Positions 17,306 through 30,302 of a stretch of DNA of 64,000 nt are shown here, piece after piece. This stretch comes from Octopus vulgaris (taxonomy: Eukaryota): contig OX597816.1 of the NCBI GenBank assembly GCA_951406725.2, positions 4,898,001 through 4,962,000 on the forward strand, given 5' to 3'. Within the stretch, counting starts at the first letter, position 1, and every line of letters begins with the position of its first letter. A model generated the notes under the pieces. The model was not told the origin of the DNA. It saw only the letters and a list, made by a program, of their open reading frames with translations, and made no database searches. The position numbers and the translations under genes are program-made.

Positions 17306-17309
17306 AAAT

Positions 17310-17830
17310 GCCCTGATGCAGTGCCAGGCAGTGGCTCTCATGGCTTTTGATTTTAACTGATTGGAAGTGTTATCATGTACATTGTTTTGTCTTGGTATAA
17401 AAGATGGGCTACAGCAAATATTCTGCTCAATACCACAGATTTGCTTGTCAGTTGTTTGACCTTAACCAGTTGAGCATGTCCCTTAGTGGCTGACGATGTG
17501 TGCATCTCTGATCACGAGCAGAAGTAGTGGGGGAGCATCATAGCCATGTGTTGAGAGGGATTTTTGGGGTTTGAATGTGTCACCTTTGGAAACGTAGGTG
17601 TTTTGTTCATCATCCTTAATACAAACCTTATTCAGGGACTTTTTAAGTGGGATGGACTACTCAACCTGAAAGGGTTTTTAACTGGGTCCCATCTACAAGG
17701 TTATGCACTGTTTATCTTGATATAAGATCACCATGTCACGCACATATGGTTGTGATGTATGTGCCTGGTGTACCTTTATCAGACGAGTAGTCCTGATGGG
17801 TATTCTGGGCTTCCTATATTTTACCCCAGT
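17310..17830 (+). mobile_element. Unclassified interspersed repeat (inverted copy at 63790-64000)
   Basis: TGTGCATCTCTGATCACGAGCAGAAGTAGTGG..GAGCATCATAGCCATGTGTTGAGAGGG is the reverse complement of 63930-64000. Confidence 0.75.
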
Positions 17831-18173
17831 TTAATTTTGCTCTCTCACTCAGTAATAATGATAATTGCTTTTATTCGCCATAGGGGCATGGATGAGGAGA
17901 ACATCACAAGGACAGACAACAATTTATGCAAGGCTTTAATATAAAGGATGAGGAGAAAGAAATGAAAAAGACAGAGAAACGTGATAAAATTATTTATCAT
18001 TATAACTGCATCTTACAATGATTTATTTATTGGCCATAATAATAGAAGTTGTCAGAAACAGTGCAAAAAAGATAAACAGAAAAAACAATGAGTTGTTTAC
18101 ACTACGTAAAAGAGCGAGCTTAACCACAAAATAGACATCCTCTGTCGTCGTACATAGATTTGTAAGGACTTAC

Positions 18174-18338
18174 CTTCTAGAATATTCATGGCGCCACTGT
18201 CAAGATTTACGTAGATAATATTACTAAGGCTTCCCGATGTCATAAAGATATCATAACCATTATTTCTAGATGAAGGGAAGAAGGCAATATCGTTGATAGA
18301 ATTGCCAGTAGAAACAGTGAAACTGTAACCAAATTCAC
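18174..18338 (-). CDS. FSTL5: FSTL4/5-like exon E (phase 1 to 1; absent from the ORF track)
   Basis: Manual translation EFGYSFTVSTGNSINDIAFFPSSRNNGYDIFMTSGSLSNIIYVNLDSGAMNILE(G), compare 'ISDLAFQRSFTESNQYNIY...LLFLELSTGKV'. caacAG / GTaagt; 165 nt. Confidence 0.88.
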
Positions 18339-18771
18339 CTGTTGAAGAAATTGAATTGAAAAGAAAGATTTGAGATTTTATTCATAATATATTTGCTCCA
18401 AAATATTTGAGAAAAATAAAACGGTATCAATACAAATAAACATTTATACACACACTTGCAAATATATATACATATATAATAACAAATTAATAAATAAAAC
18501 ATATACATATATACATACATATATGTACGTACCTACCTCTACATGTATATATACATGCATATATGTGTACAGGACACCAAAAACACGTCGAACACAATGA
18601 GAAACGAAAACATAAACACAAAACCAAGGAAATGGACATTTTTCTTAAACAACGGAAAAATAGAGTACAGAACATACAAAACAAGGAAAATTCCCCTTCT
18701 TCAGTCGCCTCTGTTTCATCTACTCCGCGTTTCGAAGGTCAAGGCGAGACACGACTTCGGTGAAACAATCC

Positions 18772-18803
<32 letters not shown>

Positions 18804-19344
18804 AAGGAGTGGCTGTGTGGTAAGTAGCTTGCTTAACAACCACATGGTTCTGGGTTTAGTCCCACTGCGTGGCATCTTGGGCAAGTGTCTTCTACTATAG
18901 CCATGGGCCGACCAAAGCCTTGTGAGTGGATGTGGAAGACGGAAACTGAAAGAAGCCCGTCGTATATATGTATGTGTGTGTATATGTTTGTGTTTGTCCT
19001 CCCAACATCGCTTGACAACCGATGCTGGTGTGTTTACGTCCCCGCAACTTAGCAGTTCGATAAAAAAGACCGATAGAATAAGCACTAGGCTTACAAAGAA
19101 TAAGTCCTGGGATCGATTTACTCGACTAAAGGCGGTGCTCCAGCATGGCCACAATCACACAACTGGAACAAGTAAAAGAGTAAAGAGTATATATATATCA
19201 ACAACTTATAAATAAGGGCAAACGAAAAAATTTCTAATGCCAAATATGCTGAAATTGGACATATTGTCCATAACCATATATTTTTTCACAATACGCATGC
19301 TACTCGAAAAAAGAGTCGACAGAAATTTTTAAAAAATTCCATTA

Positions 19345-19404
19345 TTATCATATCGGACCGATTTCAGGGTTAGTTCATAAGAACCCTCCCTTCGTCAGTG
19401 ATAA
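19345..19404 (-). ncRNA. Type I hammerhead ribozyme, intact core, sense to FSTL intron
   Basis: Minus strand reads TTATCA CTGACGA AGGGAGGGTTC TTAT GAACTAACCCT GAAA TCG GTC CGA TA TGATAA: 6-bp stem I, stem II, stem III and an AUA triplet. Confidence 0.87.
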
Positions 19405-19520
19405 ATGTGGCAAAGAAATAAATGAGATACTTACTCATACCCTTGGAAGAAGTAAACACTAAGTCATGAGCAAAGTTAAGTAGCCCAAATACATTTCGGC
19501 ATATTTGGCATTAGAAAATA

Positions 19521-19588
19521 GTGAGCGGTGTTCCGCAAGGCACTGTTTTGGGACCACTACTCTTCATAATGGCCCTCTCAGATATGCC
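19521..19588 (+). mobile_element. LINE RT micro-fragment
   Basis: SGVPQGTVLGPLLFIMALSDMP (GVPQGSVLGPLLF motif). Confidence 0.88.
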
Positions 19589-19719
19589 CTGGTTATGGAC
19601 AATATGTCCAATTTCGGCATATTTGGCATTAGAAATTTTTTTGTTTGCCCTTATTTATAAGTTGTTGATAAATTTAACCTTTAAAGATATTTATATATAT
19701 ATATTTGTATATTTTATCT

Positions 19720-20095
19720 AGTTTCAGCTCAGGAGCTGTGGCCATGCTGGGGCACCGCCATTCAGTGTTGCTACATGATTTTACTTCACGAATGCTTTTT
19801 AACAATTGCCATTTGGTGCATAAGAGAGTTCGATGCAGCTGCCCTCATCTGCACCTCCTGCTGTGAAGTTGGTTCATCTGGGACACCTGTCAAGATGAGA
19901 TCCAGTTTCATTTTAAAAACATCTGCATCCACCCCATGCAGGTCTCTCAGGGTCTTCGGGAGGATATTGAAGAGCTGTTGACCTCTGAAGCCCAGGCTAT
20001 CACAGTATCTTGTCCTACATCTTGATGGCAAATTTGGAGTCCTTGGCACTATGCAGTGGCGCCCAGTTTTAGTATTTGTGTAACTCTCGATGCCA
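19720..20095 (-). mobile_element. LINE (CR1/L2 group) ORF2 C-terminus and 3' UTR
   Basis: CDSLGFRGQQLFNILPKTLRDLHGVDADVFKMKLDLILTGVPDEP matches 'SF...GP.LFN.LP..LR...FK..LD'; ends GGCGGTGCCCCAGCATGGCCACAGCTCCTGAGCTGAAAC. Confidence 0.85.
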
Positions 20096-20420
20096 AATAT
20101 TGCCTGTGAGTCTAACCTCTGGAGAAATTCGTTAGACTCAGGTTATATACCGAAACAGCTTCTATCCCAGTCTGTCATCTCGGTTTTCAAACAGGGAAAC
20201 AGATCACTCGCACTCAACTATCGCCCAATCTCACTCACCTCCCACATCATTAAAGTGTTTGAAAGAGTGTTAAGATCAAGGATAGCTGACTTCCTGGAGA
20301 CCCACAAAGTCCTAAATGCAAATCAGCATGGCTTTCGCTGTGGCAGGGACTGTCTAACACAGCTCTTACACCACATTGAAGATATACTCAAAGCCTTGGG
20401 AACAGGTTCGAACTCTGATG

Positions 20421-20422
<2 letters not shown>
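20096..20422 (+). mobile_element. LINE reverse-transcriptase fragment, inverted relative to the adjacent 3' end
   Basis: SLDSGYIP..VISVFKQGNRSLALNYRPISLTSHIIKVFERV..NQHGFRCGRDCLTQLL, classic non-LTR RT N-terminal motifs. Confidence 0.92.
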
Positions 20423-20475
<53 letters not shown>

Positions 20476-21439
20476 ATTGCATATTGTATTGTTGTATATT
20501 ATGGAATTGCATTAGTCCCGTTTTATTTGGTTGCTTTCTATTAATGTCTCTTTATTCCAAGGAGGACTTTACCACTCCACCATATAAACTCATTAAAACA
20601 ATACCAGACACTCGATTGATATCGATATCATCAACGGCGAATTTAGAAAAAGGTTTCCCAAGGATTGGAACCTCTAAAAGAATGGAATATATTTATGCAT
20701 GAAACTACGTCTATGTGTGCTGTCCCAAAATTGGAAGCACTTGGAACTGACTCTTTTATAATGATGTGGAATTTAGAAATATTTCTCATAAAGCCTGTTA
20801 TGGGATTCTTATAGAAATTCCAATCGTATTCTCATACTTGGTGACAAAACTAAAAACCTACATCTAAAAGATAGAATGTGAAAAATTTATAGCCTCGTAA
20901 ATGCTACAAGATTGACAAAGAAGGTGCAAACGATAGACACTCATTGAAACAAAGATAACGGAATAATGCAAACTTGAAACATTTCAAAGAAAAAGGAAAA
21001 GCATAATTTCGTAAATTCTACAGAGAGAGTGAATAGCAAGTGAGGGCATCGTTGACAACATCGTTTTAAATGTTAACCCTTTAGCATTTAAACCGGCCAT
21101 CTCACGCCCAGGTATTTTATCTATTGTATATTCAAATTGGCCAGATCTGGCCTGTCACACCTACCCTACTATGTCGTTTTCACATGGGGATAAACCATTA
21201 TGCTGATTGGTTATGAAACATGAACATATTACTCTCTACTCTTTTACTTGTTTCAGTCATTTGACTGCGGCCATGCTGGAGCACCGCCTTTAGTCGATCA
21301 AATCGACCCCGGGCCTTATTCTTTGTAAGCCCGGTACTTATTCTATCGGTCTCTTATGCCGAACCGCTAAGTGACGGGGACGTAAACACACCAGCATCGG
21401 TTGTCAAGCAATACTAGGGGGACAAACACAGACACACAA

Positions 21440-21470
<31 letters not shown>

Positions 21471-21859
21471 CATATATACGACAGGCTTCTTTCAGTTTCC
21501 ATCTACCAAACCCACTCACAAGGCATTGGACGGCCCGGGGCTATAGCAGAAGACACTTGCCCAAGATGCCACGCAGTGAGACTGAACCCGCAACCATGTG
21601 GTTGGTTAGCAAGCTACTTACCACACAGCCACTCCTGTATAGTAGGAAGAATGTTTAAATGTGTAAAAGAAATCAAATTAACTTGTTTCATTGAATGCGC
21701 GATGTCAGTTTGTCTGAAGAAGGGAACATAGGTGAGCTGAGAAGGAAAATGGAGCTTACAAATAATGCATGTTTAATACAAAACAATGTGAATAAATTAT
21801 TATTAGATTTGACAGAGTAATCTGAATGCTAAAGGGTTTTAAAAATGACAAGGTGCCAC

Positions 21860-22110
21860 ACAGAAACTCAGTCTTGCAACCAACGCACACATTCGGTTCT
21901 CCTCTCCATATTCATTCCTATTTACTTCGTAACTCGAGGCTCCACTCTGACACCTCAGTCCCACTCTTATTTTTCTTCCTACCTTCATCCCGGTCACTCC
22001 TACATTCTCTTCTATAATATAGTACCCACGTAGCACACCTCTACAGCAAGAAACTCGTTCTGCTTAGCTCCTGCTATCACACTTTAACCTTTCATGTCCT
22101 AGCATAGAAC
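21860..22110 (+). mobile_element. Possible Penelope GIY-YIG C-terminal relic
   Basis: Mixed-frame LRNSRLHSDTSVP..HPGHS...RLQQE-like pattern resembling 'H...PVA.HF...HS...R..E...L.T..P'. Confidence 0.35.
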
Positions 22111-22399
22111 CACCTTTATGGTAGTTCCACTCAGATTCGGTTGAGTAGGGGCTATAACAGAACCTCCCAAGCTGCATGGCGATCTCATTAGTGCTGGTGC
22201 CGCAAAAAAGCACTCAGTACTCTCTGTGTAAAGTGGTTGGCATTAGGAGGGACATCCAGTTACAGAAACCATTCCAAAGTAGACAATAAAGCCTGAAGCA
22301 GTCTTTGGACTCGTCGAAGCGGTCCAGATCATGGAAGATGGGTATTTACATGTTACTCAGTAATCCCATAACACCTCTTTCTCCTAATTCAGTTTTAAA

Positions 22400-23090
22400 A
22401 GATCCCACCACTTATAATATAGGATCAGAAGATTTTCTTGGTCTTGCAGACACATTCTTTTGTGCAGAAAATATTGACGATGCATTCGATGCCATTACAA
22501 CGAATGCATTTCCTAAGGACATCTTTTGCATGAAGTTAAGCGGAGCTCGCATAATTAAAGTGAGTCCAATTAAAATTCGACCTGTTTTAAAAAGGAAATT
22601 CATTAACACTAATGGCTTAATGATGTTTTTTTATTCTCATTATGTTTGCATGCATGGCTATGTGATTAAGACGTTTGATTCCCAACTACAGATTGGTTGA
22701 CAGCATTGACAGGTACAGTGGCATCAAAGTATGAATTGGTTGATACTTTGTTATACACAGAACTTGGAAAGACATACAACTATTTTGATAGAGGGTTGCA
22801 TAGAGATGACAGGTTAGCGATTTCACATCATAACTACTGCTATTGCCCATACAAGTGTAGAAATTACTGCAAAGATGTTAATTAATCGAAGTACAATCTT
22901 TATTTTTAGATATACTGGTAAGTATTGTTCTCACAGAATGTCAAACAAAAGCTGTGTGTATAGCTAAAGAATTGTCAGCCTTCATCTATAGCCATAACAA
23001 ATATGACCAACATCAAAAGAGGGCGAAATGTTTGTACAATCCTCTGACAGAAAAAGCGATAACTACTTGTGCTGTACAAAATAATAATGT
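22400..23090 (+). mobile_element. Possible piggyBac (PGBD-like) transposase relic
   Basis: TYNYFDRGLHRDDRLA (cf. YN..MGGVD..DQ), LFLDILVS, IAKEL and KRAKC...TTC occur in the expected order but are heavily decayed. Confidence 0.35.
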
Positions 23091-24388
23091 ACTGAAGCAA
23101 AATGGATTTTAAGAAAGAAGAACAAATGAAGCAATTCTTGTTTTGTAAATATTAGTTATAATCTCACGGGAAAGACCACACTGAGAAGTAAGCCAAACCC
23201 TCAACGATGGTAGCACTACATTTTAATCCCTCAGTAACAAATGTCCCACGGGAGAATTACTGTACGAAATGAAGGAATTATATCGAAATTGCAGAAAATA
23301 TGTTTGAAGAGCCAGCATACACAATTTACCAATTCTTTCAGAAGCAAAAATAAAATTCAACTCGTGCAAATCCAGTGCACGTGTATCTTGGAGAAGAAGA
23401 ACAGAACTGATGATAACGCAATATGGCGGCTCATAATTAAAATTGCAAAATCCCTGTTAAAAAATATAATCTATCTTGTGTTCTTGAATGAAAAGTATCA
23501 TAATATCATGCTGTATTTTGCAGATGTTCAAGAAAATATTGCTGGGGGGAGGGGGGGGGGTTGAGTGCAGATAGGAAAATAAATAAGTCCTTAAAAAATC
23601 TTTTGACAAGAAAACAGTGATAAACTGTAAATGCAATGGGAACTGCTAAGCACTCTTTGCAACTTTATAATAATAACAGGAATTTTATGTCCAGCTGCTA
23701 GTTCCAATTAATAAGTGGGAATCAGACAATTAGACAACAAAATGAACAAATTTTGTATTCATAGTTAAACAAAATATTATCCAAGAAATGTGCAATCATG
23801 CAATAACAAATTAAAGTTCTCTCGTTTCTGAAATTATATCTTGCACGTTTTCTCGCGCCTTTATTCATTTATTTCAAAGAATATCTTAATAAAATCATTA
23901 TCATCATCATCATCATCATCCTCCTCCTCCTCCTCCTCATCATCATCATCATTTTAAAGTTTATTTTTCTGTACCAGAATTGGAAAGGACGGGTTCGGAG
24001 TATCACAGACATCCAGTCACTTGATGCGGTACCTCATCATTTCCATTATGACGATCAGCATCCAGAGTCGAGCATTCAACTCTTCTTCCTCCATATTCTT
24101 TAGTCGTCCTCTTCTGCAGACTCCTCTCCATCCAAGCATTATATTCTCTCTAACACCTTAGATCGTTCTTGTAAGGTCCATTTTCCTTCTCAGCTCACCT
24201 GTGTTCCCTTCTTCAGACAAACTGACATTGCGCATTCAAGGAAACAAGTTAATTTGATTTCTTTTACACTTTTAAAACATTCTTCCTTCTATATATTCAT
24301 GTTTCGTAACCAATCAGCATAATGGGTTATCCCCATGTGAAAATATATTGATAAACGCTCGATTAGATATGCAAATTTTAAAACTTAC

Positions 24389-24589
24389 CTTCTTCTGAAA
24401 TTCTCGAAACAGTGATAAGGCCAGTGTCTTTGTTAACATTGACCAAATACTGAGAGTCTGGAGAGACATATGGTATTCCTGAGACAGATGTATTGGCGAT
24501 AACATTGTCAGTAATGTAATCAAGTATCAGTTGAAGTGGGGGTTGGTGTCCGTCTTTGGAGGAATGGCACTGGATCACAATTTGTCCAC
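24389..24589 (-). CDS. FSTL5: FSTL4/5-like exon D (phase 1 to 1)
   Basis: GQIVIQCHSSKDGHQPPLQLILDYITDNVIANTSVSGIPYVSPDSQYLVNVNKDTGLITVSRISEE(G), compare 'GYFFIQC...QLLVDSVTDSV...GTPHTSPDGRFIVS'. ttttaaAG / GTaagt; 201 nt. Confidence 0.92.
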
Positions 24590-26534
24590 CTTTAAAAGAG
24601 ACAACACAAACACAAAATTATTAAGCAAACTTAGATAATAACTCTTAAATTTGTTATCGGCACTTGTATATAGAACCGAAGTATAAGTCCTGCGGTTTAT
24701 TTTCTCGACTAAAGGCAGTGATCCAGCATAGCCGCAGTCAAATGACTGAAACAAGTAAAAGAATAAGAAAAAAACGATCCAAGGCCTACTGATAGTAACA
24801 CATTTTCTCCAAACTCTTATTGATTTGTGCTATATTTGACAAGGGAAAGCTTTCCCGAAATAAAATAAAAGCGTTAAACAACCTAAAGAAGGTAATACAA
24901 TATCTTGTCTATCTTTATGTTCTGAGTTCAAATCCCGCCGAGGTCGACTTTACCTTTCATCCTTTCGGGGTCGATAAATTAAGTACCAGTTGCGTACTGA
25001 GTCGATCTGATTGACTGGTTCCCTCCCCCAAAATTTCGGGTCTTGTGCCTAGAGTAGAAAATAATATCTTTGTTGCTTTATTTTTCGGCATTATCCAACC
25101 TATTTCATCTAATTTCTCAGCTGCATTGCACAAAGTTCTTTTTAAAAATATTCAATTATCAAGAAACTTTTTCTTAACCTTTGGCCCAAATACAGGACTT
25201 GAAACACAACGATTAACAAATTCAGATATAATTTGGGCTTCTGTGTCATTGGGGTAATTGATTAATCGTTTTCAATTAACTTAAGCCAATAATATATATT
25301 GATCTTATAGTCTTTTGCTGTTCTCTTACACCTGTGATGTGGAATACGAATACACACATACACAAGTATACACATGCGTATATACGTGTGTCTATGTATC
25401 CGCGGAAGACGGTGCTCAAATTGGACAGGAGGGTAGTAAGAAGCAGAGGGCAAAAGAGACAGGTATGCAAGCAAGTGCAAAGGTAAATTGATACAGAGAG
25501 AGACAGACAGACAGACAGAAAGGCAGACAATCAGACAGACAGGTATGCAAACAAGTGAAAAGGTAAATAGATACAGAGAGAAAGAGAGAGACAGACAGAC
25601 AGACAGATAGATAGACAGACAGACAGACAGACACAGAAAGGGAGACAGCCAGACAGACAGGCAGAAAGACAGAGACAGAAAGTAGAGTTGATAGTACGTT
25701 GTATACAAGAAATAAAGTATTTTCGAAATAAATATGTTAAATACTCTCTAACTTAATGTTGCTGATACACACACGCATGCACACACACACACACACGCAC
25801 ACACACACACACATGCACACACACACACACACACATGCACACACACACACACACACACGGAGTGTTAATGGTTGTTATGTTATCTAAATGCTCCGCCTGA
25901 ATGGAACAGGGATTGTTGTGTTGTCCACTTAACAATTGATTTATTGAACCAAGTGTCAGTTTGAGTTTGGCTTTCATTAGTAAGACAGCTATTGATTAAA
26001 TAAAACTACATCTGCGCAACAATAACAACAGCAACAACAACGACGACGACAACGATGACGACAACGACGACGATGATCAAGATAGCAATAATAATAATAA
26101 TAATAATGATGATGATAATAGTAATAATAATAATAGTAATAATAATAAAATGAGAAGAAGAAGAACAACAACAAAAATAACAGTACCGATGACCAGCAAT
26201 TACAAGAGCTACAATCCCATTACTTATATGATAACAATAAAGCACACACAAATGACACACACACACACACACATGCATGCATAAATGGATATCTGTGTGT
26301 GTGCGTATATATATATATATTTACATGTATGTGAGTATATATATATATTTATACATACATACATACATACATACATGTACACACATATTTACAGTTACAT
26401 TTATATACATAAATACATATGCAAATATACACACACACATGTCTGTGTGTGTCTACATGTGTGCATGTATGCTCCATCAGAAACTAGCTCATCTTTCAAG
26501 CAATCTAACATTCTTGCGTATTCAAAGAGCGGGT

Positions 26535-26668
26535 TGGGTTGGAAATTCCACCATAACACCTGACAAAGGCTGGAGAGTACATCAGCCGAAACAACAAATA
26601 AGGTGAGGAGAAATATCCATCCATTGTAAACATTGTACATAATTCCTCATCTCTAAAATATAGAACAG
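26535..26668 (+). mobile_element. Decayed copy of the 63.2-63.8 kb HHR element family
   Basis: ACAC CTGACAA A GGCTG gagagtacat CAGCC GAAAC...GTACATAATTCCTCATCTC. A further 3' fragment lies at about 15941-16010. Confidence 0.7.
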
Positions 26669-27464
26669 TAAACGACGCTCATGTGCTGCACTTCACCTGA
26701 ATAAGACTCTCGGCTACAACTAACATCATTTGTGGCTAATTCCCAATCAACAAATCCACCTCTAACTCTGTCCTGCTTTCTGAGATGCTGTGAATAAAAA
26801 AAATCCCTTGCTGGAATAACAAGTAAGGATTAGTGACAGGAAGGGCATCCAACTGTAAAAAACAATGCCTCAGTAATATGTATTCATCTATGTGTGTGTG
26901 TGAGCGTGTGTTTGTATATGTATGCATACATTTACAAACACACGCTCATACACACACATACATAGAAAATACACACACACAGACATGCAAGAACATGAAT
27001 ACGCAGAATACATACATACAGATGCACACAAATACATACATACATATATATATATATGCATACACACACATATATACATACACACATGCATACATACATG
27101 CACACATACATACGTACATGCATGCATAGGCATGTGCACACACACACTGACCCACACACATGCGCACAAACAAACAAAAAGGAACGCAGTGTAAATAACG
27201 GACAGAGTGAAGACTACTGAAAAGGTTGCAAGACGCAATGAAAATTTTAGGAAAATAAAAATAGGAAATAAGCGGAAATTTTACCGGTGAGTGTGTTACA
27301 TTATAAGGCACAAAAAGAAAATGACTCTTCCGACACGAAACCGAATACATACACACACACGCACACACACATATATATAGATATATACATATATATAGAT
27401 ATATACATACATATACATATATATATATATATACATACATATACATATATATATATACATACAT

Positions 27465-27509
<45 letters not shown>

Positions 27510-27510
27510 C

Positions 27511-27617
<107 letters not shown>

Positions 27618-28200
27618 TATGTCTGTGTGTGCATGTATACTCCATCAGAAACTATGTCATCTGAATCAGATATTGGAGTGTGTGTGATGTTGTCGTTGAA
27701 CATGTCAGAACCTGTCAAACTGACCAACCCATGTCGATATGGAACATGGATGATAAATTTATATATATATATATATATGTATAAGCATACATACACACAC
27801 ACAGACAAACATGTATATTTATTAGCAACTAAATCAACACTACAGAAAGAGCTACCCCACCGACTGACTGAAAAATACAGTAATCCCTCGCCATATCGTG
27901 GTTCACGGATTAAGGTTCACCTATTGCGGTTTACCTATCCCTGTTCACCTCTCGTGGTTTATCATTTAAGCTTATGTCTATTCCTCTGTGCTGTTGTTTT
28001 GCACTTATAATGAAATAAATACATGCAAATTATGAAAAAATAAGGAGTGGCTGTGTGGTAAGTAGCTTCCTAACCAACCACATGGTTCCGGGTTCAGTCC
28101 CACTGCGTGGCATCTTGGGCAAGTGTCTTCTACTATAGCCCCTGGCTGACTAATGCCTTGTGAGTGGATTTGGTAGACGGAAACTGAAAGAAGCCCGTCG

Positions 28201-28233
<33 letters not shown>

Positions 28234-28682
28234 TTGTTTGTGTGTCTGTGTTTGTCCCCTAGCATTGCTTGACAACCGATGCTGGTGTGTTTATGTGTTA
28301 CTTAGCGGTTCGGCAAAAGAGACCGATAGAATAAGTACTGGGCTTAAAAAAGAATAAGTCCCGGGGTCGAGTTGCTCAATTAAAGGCGGTGCTCCAGCAT
28401 GGCCGTAGTCAAATGACTGAAGCAAGTAAAAGAGTAAAAGAGAGTATAGTACAGCACTGTTTCTACTTTGCAGATTTTCACCTATTGTGGGGGTTTGGGA
28501 ACATAATACCTGCAATAGTTGAGGGATTTACTGTATACAGGTGTAACAAATGCTAAAGAAAATTTTATAATTGTAAACACAAAAAAACTTTTTCTTTTAA
28601 TCCAAGCTACATAAAATCTGTCGGACCAATTTAACAAATTTGGGTCCTTGTCTTAGAAATGGGGCAAAATACTTGCTTTGCA

Positions 28683-28775
<93 letters not shown>

Positions 28776-30013
28776 GCACGTGCATTTGAGTGTGTGTATT
28801 TGCCCTTCCTTAATCATGTTTTACTGTCTCTGTGTTACATTTAGTATTTAGGACTGGCAATATAATGGTGTTAGGGTAAGGCAGTGAGCTGGCAGAATCA
28901 TTAGCACACCGGTTAATATACTTCAGTGGCATTTGGTCTGTCTTTGTGTTCTGAGTTCAAGTTCATCTTGAGTGCCACCTGAACACTGAGATCGATGTAA
29001 CCGACTAAATCACATCACTCAAAATTGCTGGCATTGAGCCGAAATTTGAAACCAACATATTTTCACCAATCTTTACTGTGCAATACGAAACCGTCCAAAT
29101 GGATCAGTAACCAAACACATCGACACAGTAACCAAACACAGTAACCAACAAATACTGTCATTACTACTCAAAGCAGTAAAGAAAAGCAAACAATATATAA
29201 CTACTCTTTTACTTGTTTCAGTCATTTGACTGTGGCCATGCTGGAGCACCACCTTTTTTAGTCGAGCAAATCGACCCTAGGACTTATTCGTTGTAAGCCT
29301 AGTACTTATTCTATCGGTCTCTTTTGCCGAACCGCTAAGTTACGGGGACGTAAACACACCAGCATCGGTTGTCAAGCGATGTTGGGGGTACAAACACAGA
29401 CACACAAATATATACACATACACATACATATACATATATACATATATACGACGGGCTTCTTTCAGTTTCCCTCCACCAAATCCACTCACAAGGCTTCGGT
29501 CGGCCCGAGGCTATAGTAGAAGACACTTGCCCAAGGTGCCACAAAGTGGGACTGAACCCGGAACCATGTGGTTGGTAAGCAAGCTACTTACCACACAGCC
29601 ACTTCTATGCCTATAAAGAACAAATACAAGTCTATAGATTTCTTGTTTCTAAACTAATGCCAATTGCCGTATCTATATTTCATCTACATACTTCTGAATG
29701 GTTTGGTAATTTCCTCTGTTTGCGATAAGATTCTTTGTCTATACAGGGATCCACTTAGAAAAGTACTTATTCTCAAGTAAACACAATCGCTCAATGTGAA
29801 ATATAAAATTGCATCGTATTTTCCAACTTCTTAGTTATTTCCTAAGGTCGATGTTCTTCAAAACAAACAGTTGTCTTCCATCTATTATGTAGTTTTTATC
29901 ATTATTAGTATTATTATTATTATGATTATTATTATTATTATCATTAGCATTATTATTATCATTATCAATATTATTATTATTATCATCATTAGCATTATTA
30001 CTATCATTATCAA

Positions 30014-30067
<54 letters not shown>

Positions 30068-30197
30068 TATTATTATCGTATTATTGTTGCTAATATATGT
30101 TTTCTTTCCCTTTATAAACAGGGAAAAACCAGAAAATAATATATTAAATTTACATTTAATATATATATATATACGCATGTGTGTGTGAGTACATGTT

Positions 30198-30280
<83 letters not shown>

Positions 30281-30302
30281 TATGTATATATATATTTATA
30301 TA

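Larger units (their letters stand above)
19196..19670 (-). mobile_element. HHR-bearing foldback element with about 80-bp inverted termini and a captured LINE RT fragment
   Basis: 19196-19276 and 19590-19670 are inverted; HHR at 19345-19404; RT snippet at 19521-19588. Confidence 0.75.

Noticed and set aside
16658-18170. Weak complementarity between 16658-16760 and the donor-proximal intron sequence 18085-18170
   Set aside because: Only about 60% by eye with gaps in AT-rich sequence; cannot be distinguished from chance without computation.
18690-18765. Minus-strand CCTTC-GAAACGCG...CTGAAGA-AGGGG as a permuted hammerhead
   Set aside because: No NUH triplet or stem I/III pairing could be built; only separated half-motifs.
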